Source of the DNA: Candidatus Woesearchaeota archaeon
GTDB taxonomy: Archaea; Nanobdellota; Nanobdellia; Woesearchaeales; JAHWIC01
Assembly (NCBI GenBank): GCA_019322485.1
Contig: JAHWIK010000015.1
Location: 23,216 to 87,215 of the forward strand
Direction: 5' to 3'
Length of the DNA: 64,000 bases
Shown: piece by piece, positions 1 through 9,910 of the stretch
Layout of the letters: every line of letters begins with the position of its first letter
Position numbering within the stretch: the stretch's first letter is position 1
The notes under the pieces: generated by a model
What the model was told of the DNA's origin: nothing
The model's database searches: none
Seen by the model: only the letters and a program-made list of their open reading frames with translations
Made by a program: the position numbers and the translations under genes

Positions 1-168
1 TGGTGGTTCTATAAGGAGATGGAATCTTGGTTCTTCATTAAAGATGGGAGATGTTATGCATGCATTGATTGGACTTGTAACACCTTATATGACTGGAAAG
101 CTAGACGGCAGAGAAATAACAGATCCAGGTATCTTAAAGGTACATAGAAAGTATAAGCTTCCTGGTTA
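1..168 (+). CDS. C-terminal fragment of an unidentified protein (...GDVMHALIGLVTPYMTGKLDGREITDPGILKVHRKYKLPG*), runs off the 5' edge of the window
   Basis: Open frame 2 from position 2 to the TAA at 166-168; no start codon in the window. Product not recognised. Confidence 0.25.
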
Positions 169-169
169 A

Positions 170-1408
170 CTACAGAACAGAATAATAATCTTCTAAAACA
201 ATCTTATCCATATTCTCCAGGTCTCTTACAACATATAATCTGCCATTTCCCAGTTCTGTAATCCTTTCTGCCAGGGCTTTTGCTTTTGGCTCTAGCTTTA
301 TTCCAATCAAAGAAATAGTTATTCCAGCATTTCTTGCTTCTGAGATTGCTCTTATTGTTGCGTTCTCAGGGTCACTACCAACAGTTGGCATTGCGTCTGT
401 TATAAGAATCAAATGCTTTGTTATGTTTTCATTCGGGAATAACTCAATTGCTTTCTCTATTGTCTTTACAATGTTTGTTTCTTTTGAGGCCCTTATCTTT
501 GTGATTTCTTTTAACAGCATTCCAAAGTCATTTGTTGGTTCAATAGCTGTTTTTACTTCTGAACCAAATACAATTAAGCCAACCTTGTCTTTTTCATTAA
601 GGGCTTTAAACGCTAATGCAACACCTGCTTTTTTGCAGACATCAATCTTTGCGCCTTTCATTGAGCCGGATGCATCTAGGGCATAGATGATTGATATGCG
701 GCCTTTTCTCTGCCTTTCAAATGTCCTTAGGTCCTCTTTGATTAACTCCTTATGAGACCTTCTTACTGCCAGCTTGATTGAATCCCTTATTGCCAAATCC
801 TTGTATCTATCTCCTTTCTTGTATAGCTTGACATCCATCTTGTCGCCGTAATGCGCAGCTTTTTTATGCACTTTCTCTCCTAGAATTCCTTTAGGCATTA
901 GATTGCTTAATTCTTCTGTGTAAAGAATTAATGATGCAAGCTCAACACCTTTTTCCAGAATATTCCCTCTGCTGTCAATTAATTTATTATCTTTTAATTT
1001 CTCAATGTTCTCTTCAATATTCTTTCTTATCTCTTTCTGGAACTCAGGGATATTTATGTTTTTCTGGATATAGCCTGGCTCGTAATTGCTTAATAACCTT
1101 AGAATTGTGGGGCCAAAGACCTTCTTAGCCATTGAATAGCTTTTAACAAGCTGCTCCATCATTAAATCAGGAGTAAAGCAGCTAAGGCCCTGGTTGATTG
1201 ATTCTCTTATAAGCTTGCCGTCCTTGACTGTTTTCTTGTCGTTCTCAAGAACAGAATGCATTAATTTATCTCCAACCTTGCCTCTTGATAGTTTACCAGA
1301 AAGTTCTGTTATATCAGCCAGCTTTTCTACTTTAGTTTGCCGGCTGTCAAAGGCCACCACCCTTCTTGACGGCCTCGCTCTTTGAGAAATCCTTAAACTC
1401 CTCAGCAA
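170..1408 (-). CDS. von Willebrand factor A (vWA) domain protein, partner of the adjacent MoxR/ChlI-like ATPase; true start may be internal (Met at ~1261)
   Basis: vWA MIDAS-type motif 'ISIIYALDASGSMKG' near the middle. It sits directly downstream of an AAA+ ATPase on the same strand, a pairing typical of ChlI/ChlD-like or MoxR-vWA gene pairs. The 62-nt overlap with the upstream ORF suggests the annotated start is too early. Confidence 0.6.
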   Translation of the reverse strand: MLRSLRISQRARPSRRVVAFDSRQTKVEKLADITELSGKLSRGKVGDKLMHSVLENDKKTVKDGKLIRESINQGLSCFTPDLMMEQLVKSYSMAKKVFGPTILRLLSNYEPGYIQKNINIPEFQKEIRKNIEENIEKLKDNKLIDSRGNILEKGVELASLILYTEELSNLMPKGILGEKVHKKAAHYGDKMDVKLYKKGDRYKDLAIRDSIKLAVRRSHKELIKEDLRTFERQRKGRISIIYALDASGSMKGAKIDVCKKAGVALAFKALNEKDKVGLIVFGSEVKTAIEPTNDFGMLLKEITKIRASKETNIVKTIEKAIELFPNENITKHLILITDAMPTVGSDPENATIRAISEARNAGITISLIGIKLEPKAKALAERITELGNGRLYVVRDLENMDKIVLEDYYSVL

Positions 1409-2369
1409 TGTATTCCGTCGGGCTTTTGAGGTATTTAGCAGAAGGCTTTAACTCAATGCGATGGCTCAAGACAGAGACAACAGCCTCGGCTATATCTTCA
1501 AAATCAATTTTTTGCCTGCCTTTTAATTTTGCATTAGCTTGTGCTCTTTCATACAAGCCAATAGAAGCTCTAACACTAGGCTTTTTGCTTAGTTTGCTGT
1601 CTTCCCTTAATAACCTTACAAAGTAGATTGCTAGGTTTAGTAAATTATCTGCAAATTCAACATCAATTTTCTTTCCTTTTTGTTTTACTATCCCTGTTTC
1701 AATCTCTATGCTTTCTGGGTAAGCCATATATAAAACATCAAACCTGTCAATGAAAACATCTGATATGCGTTCTGTTGATGTGTCCTCTGGATTCATTGTT
1801 GCTATTAGTATGAAATTAGCAGGGATATCAACGTCATAGCTGCTTATGGTTGCTTTTCCTTCCTGCAGAACTTGCAGCAAGGCATTCTGCAGTTTCTCAG
1901 GGCACCTGTTGACTTCATCAAAGAACAAGATGCCATTATTTGCTTTGAATATCTTTCCTGGTGTAAAGGCCTCCATGCTTAAAGGGCCGGATTTTAATGC
2001 CTTTACAGGGTCAATGTCTCCAAGTAAATCCTCAACAGTTAAATCAGGACTTCCCTGGATTCTTATGAATCTTTCAACTCCTTTTACTTTCTTTGATTTT
2101 AGCTGTTTATTTGATTTACAAGAAGGGCAAACAGGATTCTTTGGGTCACAGTGGAACTCACAGCCATCAACAACATCAATCTCTGGCAGTAGTTCTGCAA
2201 CATTCTTTGCTAAGGTAGTCTTTCCAATACCGGGCGGCCCAACAATAATGATATGCCTTCCCATCAATAGGGCTGATTTTAGGCCGTGTTTTACCTTATC
2301 CTGCCCAAGAATATCTATAAATGGGTCTTTTTCCTTCAGGAAAATTGCTTCTAATTGTTTTGAAATCAT
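1347..2369 (-). CDS. AAA+ ATPase of the MoxR/Mg-chelatase ChlI-like family with an inserted Cys4 zinc-ribbon
   Basis: Walker A 'VGPPGIGKTTLAKN'; Walker B 'ILFFDEVNRC'; inserted 'CEFHCDPKNPVCPSCK' cysteine cluster; 340 aa. Confidence 0.7.
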   Translation of the reverse strand: MISKQLEAIFLKEKDPFIDILGQDKVKHGLKSALLMGRHIIIVGPPGIGKTTLAKNVAELLPEIDVVDGCEFHCDPKNPVCPSCKSNKQLKSKKVKGVERFIRIQGSPDLTVEDLLGDIDPVKALKSGPLSMEAFTPGKIFKANNGILFFDEVNRCPEKLQNALLQVLQEGKATISSYDVDIPANFILIATMNPEDTSTERISDVFIDRFDVLYMAYPESIEIETGIVKQKGKKIDVEFADNLLNLAIYFVRLLREDSKLSKKPSVRASIGLYERAQANAKLKGRQKIDFEDIAEAVVSVLSHRIELKPSAKYLKSPTEYIAEEFKDFSKSEAVKKGGGL

Positions 2370-2407
2370 TCCAAAATAAGAAGGTAGAATTACTTATAAA
2401 GGTTTGG

Positions 2408-3421
2408 TTATCGTGACTTGTATGCCCCAGTAGCTTTTTCACCATTCATTCCGCTTCTCAACAGCAAATGGCCGTTGCAGCGGAAATCATAGTACCTATT
2501 AGCTACAGTCCTTAAGATTTCCATATCTATTAACAGGGCTTCAGCTTTTTTTCTTGCTGAATCTTCACCACCCAAGTGTTCACTCACATATTTTTCCATA
2601 AAATGGTCCATTGCAGAGAATGCTCCCTTTAAATAATCTGCTCTGATTCTGCCCCTTAAGGGAATTGCTCTGCTTAGGTTACTATCTACCTGAGCAATTG
2701 CTCCTCTAAATCCGCTAAATTCGTCTCGTTGTCCTTCGGGTTTTGCCCCCAGGACTTTATCCTTGTATATTGCATCTATGTGTCTGCTTACACTTTCTCT
2801 GTATATACCACTGATTATACCGCTAAAAACAGCCTCTACTTCAGCAGGTTCATTGCCATACTTACGCATTTCATAGACTCCTACTTTATCCCACAGCTTT
2901 CTTGTTACATTAGCAACCATCTGGATAGACCTATTTGCTTTTACAGTAGGATGGTCCATCTCCCCATCCATAATCAAACCAAAATCAGTGCCATAATTTT
3001 CATATGCATAGTTTGTTGTGAATATTCTCATAACTGTCCCTAAGACTACCTCAGCCAGTAACATCCTTCTTGCGGGATCTTTAACAGGCTCTTCTACAAC
3101 AGCTCTTTCACCAAGTGCATCTCTTTCAATTCTTATTGTCGGTTCTGGGTCTTCTTCAGGATGAATAGCTAAGTGGACTTTAGCTGCATATACTCTTAAT
3201 GTGTCTATATCAAGATCGTGTAAATAGAATTTTTCTTCACCTTCTTCATCTGTAAAACTACCTTCTGTTGCTTCTCTTACAGCTGCTTGGAACTTAGCTT
3301 CTAATTTAACAATATCACTAAGCTCCTTCCTACTGCTTTCTCTATTTGCTGGGCTTCCTTGCCCTGCTTTGTTTAGTTCTTGCGTCATTTTTCCATAACT
3401 GCGAGAAGTAATCTCGCGCAC
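2408..3421 (-). CDS. hypothetical protein (337 aa), possibly the third component of the ATPase/vWA module
   Basis: Long ORF with a plausible start after an AT-rich TATA-like upstream region. No motif I can assign. Confidence 0.4.
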   Translation of the reverse strand: MREITSRSYGKMTQELNKAGQGSPANRESSRKELSDIVKLEAKFQAAVREATEGSFTDEEGEEKFYLHDLDIDTLRVYAAKVHLAIHPEEDPEPTIRIERDALGERAVVEEPVKDPARRMLLAEVVLGTVMRIFTTNYAYENYGTDFGLIMDGEMDHPTVKANRSIQMVANVTRKLWDKVGVYEMRKYGNEPAEVEAVFSGIISGIYRESVSRHIDAIYKDKVLGAKPEGQRDEFSGFRGAIAQVDSNLSRAIPLRGRIRADYLKGAFSAMDHFMEKYVSEHLGGEDSARKKAEALLIDMEILRTVANRYYDFRCNGHLLLRSGMNGEKATGAYKSR

Positions 3422-3517
3422 AGTCTTTTCACTTATTGAGGTTTTTCATACATAATCTAGAAGATTATATAATTTATATAATACGGGAAAATTAGGTACT
3501 TTATAAACCTTTTGTTT

Positions 3518-4114
3518 CTATAGAGTAGAGATAATCCTTGTTAGTTTAATAACAACAGAAGCAACAATTGGCATTACTATGTTATCATCTACCCTGCGCA
3601 TTCCGAACTTTATTTCAATGCCTTCTGCAATCATGGCAAAGATAGCAGCAAAAAAGGCTTCTGCTGGCCTGACAAATATAACTGCAGCAAGAAAGCCGGT
3701 GATTATGCCCACTATTGCACCTTCAATGAACTTGGCGCTGTCCAACGGATGTTTTACCCTTCCAAAATGCACTCCAACAAACCTTGAAATTGGGTCAGCA
3801 ATTGCAAGGATTGCTATTGAAGCAAGAGCGATATCCTGCGGGAAAAGGAAGACTACAATAGTAATTCCAGTGATATAAAAGAATGCACCCTTTGCTGGAA
3901 ACTTTTTTATGTCTTTTTCACGGTCAAATTGCTGCAGAAACCAGTGCATAACAGGTATTCTATATCTTTTTGAAATTAATGACAGCGCTAAAAGAGCTAG
4001 GGTCAATGTTAACAACAGCCATTTTGTAAGAAATTCAAATTTTAGCAGTAATATGATTATTGTACCGCACGTAATGTGGAACAATCCCCTTCTAAATTCA
4101 AACTTGCTAGCCAT
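3518..4114 (-). CDS. polyprenol/dolichol kinase-like CTP-dependent membrane protein
   Basis: Six predicted TM helices. The C-terminal motif 'ADPISRFVGVHFGRVKH...SAKFIEGAIVG' resembles the dolichol-kinase/CarS-type 'GDxxASxIGxxxGxxK....K(S/T)xEG' signature. Confidence 0.45.
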   Translation of the reverse strand: MASKFEFRRGLFHITCGTIIILLLKFEFLTKWLLLTLTLALLALSLISKRYRIPVMHWFLQQFDREKDIKKFPAKGAFFYITGITIVVFLFPQDIALASIAILAIADPISRFVGVHFGRVKHPLDSAKFIEGAIVGIITGFLAAVIFVRPAEAFFAAIFAMIAEGIEIKFGMRRVDDNIVMPIVASVVIKLTRIISTL

Positions 4115-4115
4115 T

Positions 4116-4694
4116 TTATCTTCTGAATATCTTTATTCTTTGAAAAATTTTATGCTTTTTTTCAATAAAGACAAAAAAGTGTGCAACTGCAAAACCAAGC
4201 AAAGCACCACCAATAACATCGCTTAAGTAGTGCACATTTAAATAGATTCTGCTAAAAGCGACTATAACTGCAAAAAGAACCCAGAACCATTTGAGCTTCG
4301 GAAATTCTAAATCAAGGATCGGTATTGCTGTGAAAGAGGCGCTTGCATGCAGGCTGGGGAATGAGTAAACTGTTGATATTATGAAATGCGCTGCTACCAG
4401 GTCTTCTGGCCTTGGCCTTGCGATAATGGATTTAAGGATAAGGCACAATATTGACGAAGCCAGGAAACTTACCCATAGGACAGGGATCCATTCACGCTTG
4501 CGTTCCTGCCATAAGAACAAGGAGGTCATTACTATCAAGACTATGAATACAGAGCCGAAATGGGTTACTGAGCCTAGGGCATAGTCTAGGATTGGATTTC
4601 TTACCATGCTTACCAATACTAATTTGTCTAAAAAGAAACTGATTATGAGAAGTATGATTCCTGCACTGTAGAAGATAATGTTTTTTGTTTTCAT
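4116..4694 (-). CDS. PAP2-family lipid phosphatase (phosphatidic acid/undecaprenyl-PP phosphatase type 2)
   Basis: PAP2 signatures 'ARPRPED' (KxxxxxxRP), 'SFPSLHAS' (PSGH) and 'SRIYLNVHYLSDV' (SRxxxxxHxxxD); multi-pass membrane protein. Confidence 0.7.
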   Translation of the reverse strand: MKTKNIIFYSAGIILLIISFFLDKLVLVSMVRNPILDYALGSVTHFGSVFIVLIVMTSLFLWQERKREWIPVLWVSFLASSILCLILKSIIARPRPEDLVAAHFIISTVYSFPSLHASASFTAIPILDLEFPKLKWFWVLFAVIVAFSRIYLNVHYLSDVIGGALLGFAVAHFFVFIEKKHKIFQRIKIFRR

Positions 4695-5566
4695 TTGGAT
4701 TTCTTAGTTACAATTGTCGTCGATAAAATCCCCAAAGCAAGGAAGAGAAGCATTACAACAATATTTGATATTGTCCACGAGGTTGTGTTCTGGCATACTT
4801 TCTTTATTGGAATGCTTAAACAACCAATTACCAACCCTAATAGGACATAGAGTGTTTTGCACTTGTCCTTTCTGAATAAAAATGATACAGCTCTTGAGAT
4901 GCTGAACGCCCCTAATATTGCCCCTATAGTGAACGCCATGAAATAATCAAGTTTTCCTAAGATATCATGCAGAACACTTAGCATAAACTCATAGATGCCC
5001 AATATAAGGAGTATGAATGCACCTGAGATTCCAGGCAGGAACATAGCGCTGATTGCAAGGAAACCTCCAATAAAAATATATGCTATATTTGGCGTTATTG
5101 TTGCTGGGATAAGTATTGAAAGTGATATGCCTACCAACAACCCGAGAAGACCGAACATGATATTTTTTGTATGGTGCCTTTCGATGTGGTCAAAGATTGC
5201 TTTTGATGACGCTAGAATCAGGCCAATAAAGAATGATATTGTGTATGCGTAATGATTCTCTAATAGGTAGGTTATAATCCTTGAGCCAATCAGTAATGCA
5301 GTAGCTATGCCTGCTCCTAATGTTATAAGGAAGATAAGGTCCAGCTTTTTTACATCCTGCTTTAATGCGCTTAAGCCCTGCTTGTCTCTCTTTATGCTGT
5401 ATCTGAACAAATCACCAACCAGCTTAGGAGAGAAGCTCTTTACAGCATTTATCAGTCTTGTATAAATCCCTGTGATAAAGGCAATTGTTCCTCCTGAGAT
5501 TCCAGGGATTATATCGCATATTCCCATCAAAACTCCTTTTAGAAATAATAAGGTAGTTTGCTTCAC
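4691..5566 (-). CDS. DUF368-family integral membrane protein
   Basis: Internally duplicated polytopic membrane protein with a 'GISGGT...GIY' motif in each half, as in DUF368; start/stop overlaps the neighbouring genes. Confidence 0.5.
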   Translation of the reverse strand: MKQTTLLFLKGVLMGICDIIPGISGGTIAFITGIYTRLINAVKSFSPKLVGDLFRYSIKRDKQGLSALKQDVKKLDLIFLITLGAGIATALLIGSRIITYLLENHYAYTISFFIGLILASSKAIFDHIERHHTKNIMFGLLGLLVGISLSILIPATITPNIAYIFIGGFLAISAMFLPGISGAFILLILGIYEFMLSVLHDILGKLDYFMAFTIGAILGAFSISRAVSFLFRKDKCKTLYVLLGLVIGCLSIPIKKVCQNTTSWTISNIVVMLLFLALGILSTTIVTKKSK

Positions 5567-6555
5567 TTCTTGACAACTCCTTTTAGTTTTTTATTCTTTT
5601 TTTTGATATTTGGCCAGATTAAGGTTCCTGGCTGTATAATTACGTTTTTTGCAGTTACTTTATCACCGATAATTGCGCCAAGTTTAAGAACTTTTATTTT
5701 TTTATTTTTTATAATTGAGATTACATTTGATTTTGATTCTATCTTTCCTTTGAAATAAACACCTTCTCCAATTATTGAATCCTTTACTATTGAACCTTTT
5801 TCAATGATTGAATTGTCCATAATGATTGAATTGATTACTTTTCCTTTGATTTTGCAGTTCTTTCCTATTGAGTTTCCTTTTATCCTGAATAATTTCTTTA
5901 CATCAAACAGATTCCATGGATAGCCAACTGATATCCATTGTTTTGCTGCAACACATTTTACTTTTTCTTTTTTTGCCAATGCCCTTACAGAATCAGTTAG
6001 CTCGTATTCTCCTCTTGGAGACCTTTTTATTTTTTTGAGTTCATTGAAGATTTCTTTGTCTAGAACATAAAGTGCAGTATTTGCTAGGTTTGATACTGGC
6101 TTTTTCGGCTTTTCAACTAAATCTGTTACAAAGCCGTTCTTTACAGTATAAACACCAAACCTTGAAGGGTCTTTTACTTTCTTGGCTAGAACTGAATATT
6201 TGTGTTTTATGCATTTTTTTATATCATTTCTCGAGTATAAATCATCTGCCATCAATACTATGAATTTGTTTTTTATCTTGTTTTTTGCTACAGCCAGGGC
6301 ATGGCCTGTTCCTAATTGCGGTTTCTGCAGAACATAACTAATCTTTAATTTTTTGTATCTTTTCTTGAATTGTTTTTTAATTGAATTTGCTTTAAAGCCA
6401 ACTATAAGGATTACTTCTTTAACCAAGCCATTTAACTGGTCTAGATTATATTCTAATAATGTTTTATTTCCTATTTTTAACAACGGCTTTGGCTTGTTTA
6501 TAGTCAGAGGATAGGTTCTTGTTGATTTACCTGCTGCTAGAATTACTGCCTGCAT
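5563..6555 (-). CDS. sugar-1-phosphate nucleotidyltransferase with a C-terminal left-handed beta-helix (GlmU/RmlA-like)
   Basis: N-terminal 'AVILAAGKSTRTYPLTINKPKPLL' nucleotidyltransferase P-loop-like motif; C-terminal hexapeptide repeats (IxGxxVxI...). Confidence 0.7.
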   Translation of the reverse strand: MQAVILAAGKSTRTYPLTINKPKPLLKIGNKTLLEYNLDQLNGLVKEVILIVGFKANSIKKQFKKRYKKLKISYVLQKPQLGTGHALAVAKNKIKNKFIVLMADDLYSRNDIKKCIKHKYSVLAKKVKDPSRFGVYTVKNGFVTDLVEKPKKPVSNLANTALYVLDKEIFNELKKIKRSPRGEYELTDSVRALAKKEKVKCVAAKQWISVGYPWNLFDVKKLFRIKGNSIGKNCKIKGKVINSIIMDNSIIEKGSIVKDSIIGEGVYFKGKIESKSNVISIIKNKKIKVLKLGAIIGDKVTAKNVIIQPGTLIWPNIKKKNKKLKGVVKK

Positions 6556-6556
6556 T

Positions 6557-7807
6557 TTATAGGAGTCTTATCTGCTTAACCTTTTCTTTTATGTATGGCT
6601 CTTTTATTAATTTTTTAACCAGGTCTTCTGGCTTTGTGAATTCTCTCTTCACCTTTGCAAAGACCTTTTTGCCTTTTGTGAATGTGTTCTTGTGCTTTGC
6701 TTTGAATCTTTTAACATGGAATTTCTGCTTTAATGCAGGCCCTTCGTGGAGCTTGATATTTGGCAGAGGTTTTTTATCGCAGATAAAGAAAATCGTTGCT
6801 TTTAATTCCTTATCCCAATGCCAGCCTTTTTCTAATATCTTGAAATCATTTCTTAGCAGTTTATCTGCCATATATTCAAAGGATTTTACGAGTTTTGCTC
6901 CTGCGATGTCTTCTTTTCTTCTTATTGTTTTGATGTCTAAGGCAATTAATTTCTTGTTTTTTGCTTTCTTTTTTAGGTCATCGGTTGTCAATACCTTTTC
7001 CTTGAAGAGCTCTTTTGACGGTTTTTTTAGGAAATTCTTGCAAGCCAATCTGAAATTATCGAATTTTTCCTTGCTAAGGGCTGCTGCAGCATTCCTGTCA
7101 TGCTGTACAGGGTCTATTAAGATTAATGGTGAATAGGCCTTTGATTTGTTTAGCTCCTGCAGCACATCCTTTCCTTTGTAGTATTTCTTTATGTCAATTA
7201 TTACCTTATCAGGCCATTTTGCTGCATTCCTTGCTAGTTTTAGGAACGAGCCGTAGTGGGTTGTTAGAACCTCGCAGATATAACCTGAGAATCCTCTTAT
7301 GTAGGATTCTGCACCATAGGCATTATTTGCTTTGCAGAATTGTTTTGTCAGCCTTATCTCATCTTTTAAGGCTTTATTTGTGTTGGCTGCAACCCATTTT
7401 GCATGCAATGGGCTTACATCAGTTATATTAACTGCCTGCTTGGCATCCTTTATATCGAGGATAGGGACTATCTCAAAGGTAAAGTTTCCTTTTTTTAGCT
7501 GAAAATAATCCCTGCTACCATGCAATTTTGTAATTCTTGGGAAAATTTTTTTTAATTTCTTCTCCAGGATACCGGATAACTGGTCGCTTTTGTCTTTATA
7601 CTTCGAATATTTGAAGCAGACAAATATATCTGCATCATTTGCACGCTTTAACCAGGTTCCTTTTGCACCAGAACCGCCCAGGATTACTTTAGCCTCTTTT
7701 ACCTTCTTCTTTAATGCTGAAAGAACAGAATAAATCTTTCCAGAAACCTCTGTTTTTAGCTCTTCATCTGGCTTTATTTCCTCTAAAACCTCTTTTAGTA
7801 AATTCAT
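6557..7807 (-). CDS. cca: archaeal class I CCA-adding tRNA nucleotidyltransferase
   Basis: Motif 'GGSGAKGTWLKRANDADIFV' (GS..KGT......DIDIF-like) and ~416 aa length, typical of the archaeal CCA enzyme. Confidence 0.75.
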   Translation of the reverse strand: MNLLKEVLEEIKPDEELKTEVSGKIYSVLSALKKKVKEAKVILGGSGAKGTWLKRANDADIFVCFKYSKYKDKSDQLSGILEKKLKKIFPRITKLHGSRDYFQLKKGNFTFEIVPILDIKDAKQAVNITDVSPLHAKWVAANTNKALKDEIRLTKQFCKANNAYGAESYIRGFSGYICEVLTTHYGSFLKLARNAAKWPDKVIIDIKKYYKGKDVLQELNKSKAYSPLILIDPVQHDRNAAAALSKEKFDNFRLACKNFLKKPSKELFKEKVLTTDDLKKKAKNKKLIALDIKTIRRKEDIAGAKLVKSFEYMADKLLRNDFKILEKGWHWDKELKATIFFICDKKPLPNIKLHEGPALKQKFHVKRFKAKHKNTFTKGKKVFAKVKREFTKPEDLVKKLIKEPYIKEKVKQIRLL

Positions 7808-8663
7808 GGCGAGAATAAAAGATATTGAGTTTAAAAGGTTTATGTTTTTAAGGAAAAACTTAATAAACAGTAATTCTAATGCTTGCTGTATGATAAAAAT
7901 AGGTCCTGCCGGAACCTCAGGCTTGGGTTATCCTGATGGATTTATACACTGCAAGGAGATTGGCCTGGATGCTTTAGAGGTTGAGTTCACCCACAGCGTT
8001 CATATGAATAATGAAAAGGCAAAGCTTGCTGGACAGGCTGCCAGGAAGCTGAAGCTTGACCTTTCTGTTCATGCCCCTTATTTCATTAATTTAGCGTCTG
8101 AGGAAAAGCCGAAGATAACTGCTTCTAAGAAAAGGATTTTGATGAGCTGCGAAAGAGCGCATTATTTAGGTGCAAAATATGTTGTTTTTCATGCCGGCTT
8201 CTACGGCAAAAAAGACCATGAAGAGGTTTATTCTATTATTTCAAATGAGATAGCTGACATGCAAAAGACAATCAAAGCAAAGAAATGGAATGTTGTTTTA
8301 GCTCCTGAGACAACCGGCAAGCCGGTCCAGTTCTGCGGCTTGGATACTTTATTGAGGTTAAGGAAGGATGTTAAGTGTGAACTTTGCATTGATTTTGCAC
8401 ATATGAAAGCCAGAACCCAGGGCAAGATGTCATATGATGAGATGCTTGACAAGCTCAAAGGAATAAAGCACATACATTCACATTTTTCTGGAATAGAATG
8501 GACTCCTAAAGGAGAGAGAAGGCATTTACTGACGCAAGCTAAAGATATAAAAGAACTGCTTAGTTGCTTACTTAAACATAAGGTTGATGTTACTATAATA
8601 AATGAAAGTCCGGATCCAATTGGGGATGCTCTTAAGATGAAGAAGATTTTAGAAAAACTATGA
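7806..8663 (+). CDS. nfo: endonuclease IV-like AP endonuclease / xylose-isomerase-like TIM-barrel protein
   Basis: 'HAPYFINLAS' matches the Nfo 'HAPYLINL' signature; 285 aa TIM-barrel-sized protein. Confidence 0.55.
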   Translation: MARIKDIEFKRFMFLRKNLINSNSNACCMIKIGPAGTSGLGYPDGFIHCKEIGLDALEVEFTHSVHMNNEKAKLAGQAARKLKLDLSVHAPYFINLASEEKPKITASKKRILMSCERAHYLGAKYVVFHAGFYGKKDHEEVYSIISNEIADMQKTIKAKKWNVVLAPETTGKPVQFCGLDTLLRLRKDVKCELCIDFAHMKARTQGKMSYDEMLDKLKGIKHIHSHFSGIEWTPKGERRHLLTQAKDIKELLSCLLKHKVDVTIINESPDPIGDALKMKKILEKL

Positions 8664-9043
8664 AGAAAATAATCATTGACACAAACTTTTTAATGGCAGT
8701 AAGCCAGTTTAAGGTAGATATTTTCTCGGAGATAAGAAGGATTTGTGATTTTAGTTATCAATTATTTATCATCGACAAAACAATCAATGAACTCAAGTCA
8801 ATAATAGAAACCCAGAAGGGGAAGAATAAGGCTGCGGCCAAATTAGCATTATCAATAATAAAACTCAAAAAAATTAAAAAAATAAAAACAAAGGAAGGAA
8901 CTGTTGATGAGCTGATTCTAAAACTTCCGAAGAAAGACACAATTGTTGCGACGCAGGATATGGAATTAAAGGGCAGGCTGAGGAAAAAAGGAATTCCTCT
9001 TATTGTTTTAAGGCAGAAGAAGTATTTGGTTATAGTTGAGTAG
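8660..9043 (+). CDS. PIN-domain protein (Fcf1/Nob1-like small nuclease)
   Basis: N-terminal 'KIIIDTNFLM' followed by conserved acidic residues and a C-terminal 'TQDMELKGRLRKKGIPLI' motif, typical of PIN domains; overlaps the upstream stop. Confidence 0.5.
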   Translation: MKKIIIDTNFLMAVSQFKVDIFSEIRRICDFSYQLFIIDKTINELKSIIETQKGKNKAAAKLALSIIKLKKIKKIKTKEGTVDELILKLPKKDTIVATQDMELKGRLRKKGIPLIVLRQKKYLVIVE

Positions 9044-9059
9044 AAATTTAAATTATATG

Positions 9060-9893
9060 CTAGTATTTGCTAATCTTAGGAAATTCCCTCAATAAAAATC
9101 TTGTTAAAGGTGTTTGCGGTTTTTCTTCAACCTCTCTCCTATAGACATGATACGAATGTAATATCTCTCTTTTGAAAGATTCTCTGAGATTTGCTCTTTT
9201 CTTGAATGCTTTTATCTGGGCAGTATAGGCTTGAAGGTCATGGTAGACCTCAAATAAATCTCCATTAAGATTCAGAACTCTTCTTTGGAATTCTCTAAGT
9301 ACATCTGATTCCATCTCAATCTTACCCCCAGCAAATATCTCAACATGCCTGTATTCATGATCAACTAGCATACTCAAGAATTCATCTTCTGACTGCAAAC
9401 CCTTGAATGAGCCTCTGTATATTGTTGTTCTTAGCTTTTGAGCAACTCCTCTATAATTACTTGGAGCTATAAATTTTGTTCTCATAATCATTGCGCCAGA
9501 CTCGACTAGCGGATTTGGGTGATAATCACTCTTGTTGTCATATACAACCAATAGATCTCTTATTGGAGGGGGATTCTTTTTCACGACCTGTTTAATGTAT
9601 GTTTCTCTGTATGCCTCATTTGCTTTTGCTTCCAGGAATGAGAGTTCTCTGTTTGGAACGCTCTCTGGTTTAGAGTTCATTTCATATTGAGGCCTACTAG
9701 CTCTAGATGCATAATAAGCGTAAATAGATGTTCCAGTTATTGCTAAAGCTGCAAGCCCGCTTAAGCCCCATACCCAGAGTTTGCTTCTTTTTTGAGGAGC
9801 TTTAGCTTCTTGCTGAGCAGGCTGTTTCTTTTTTGCTTGCTTTCTTAGCCTTTTCTGCCTTTTGGTTAAACCCTTGTTTTTTTTCCTTCCCAT
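9060..9893 (-). CDS. membrane-anchored protein with an N-terminal basic tail, one TM helix and a conserved HExxH motif; short paralog of the next gene
   Basis: N-terminus 'MGRKKNKGLTKRQKRLRKQAKKK' is nearly identical to the N-terminus of the 864-aa neighbour; TM helix 'LWVWGLSGLAALAITG'; 'DHEYRH' = HExxH. Confidence 0.5.
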   Translation of the reverse strand: MGRKKNKGLTKRQKRLRKQAKKKQPAQQEAKAPQKRSKLWVWGLSGLAALAITGTSIYAYYASRASRPQYEMNSKPESVPNRELSFLEAKANEAYRETYIKQVVKKNPPPIRDLLVVYDNKSDYHPNPLVESGAMIMRTKFIAPSNYRGVAQKLRTTIYRGSFKGLQSEDEFLSMLVDHEYRHVEIFAGGKIEMESDVLREFQRRVLNLNGDLFEVYHDLQAYTAQIKAFKKRANLRESFKREILHSYHVYRREVEEKPQTPLTRFLLREFPKISKY

Positions 9894-9910
9894 TTTGCCT
9901 TAGTTAAGGT

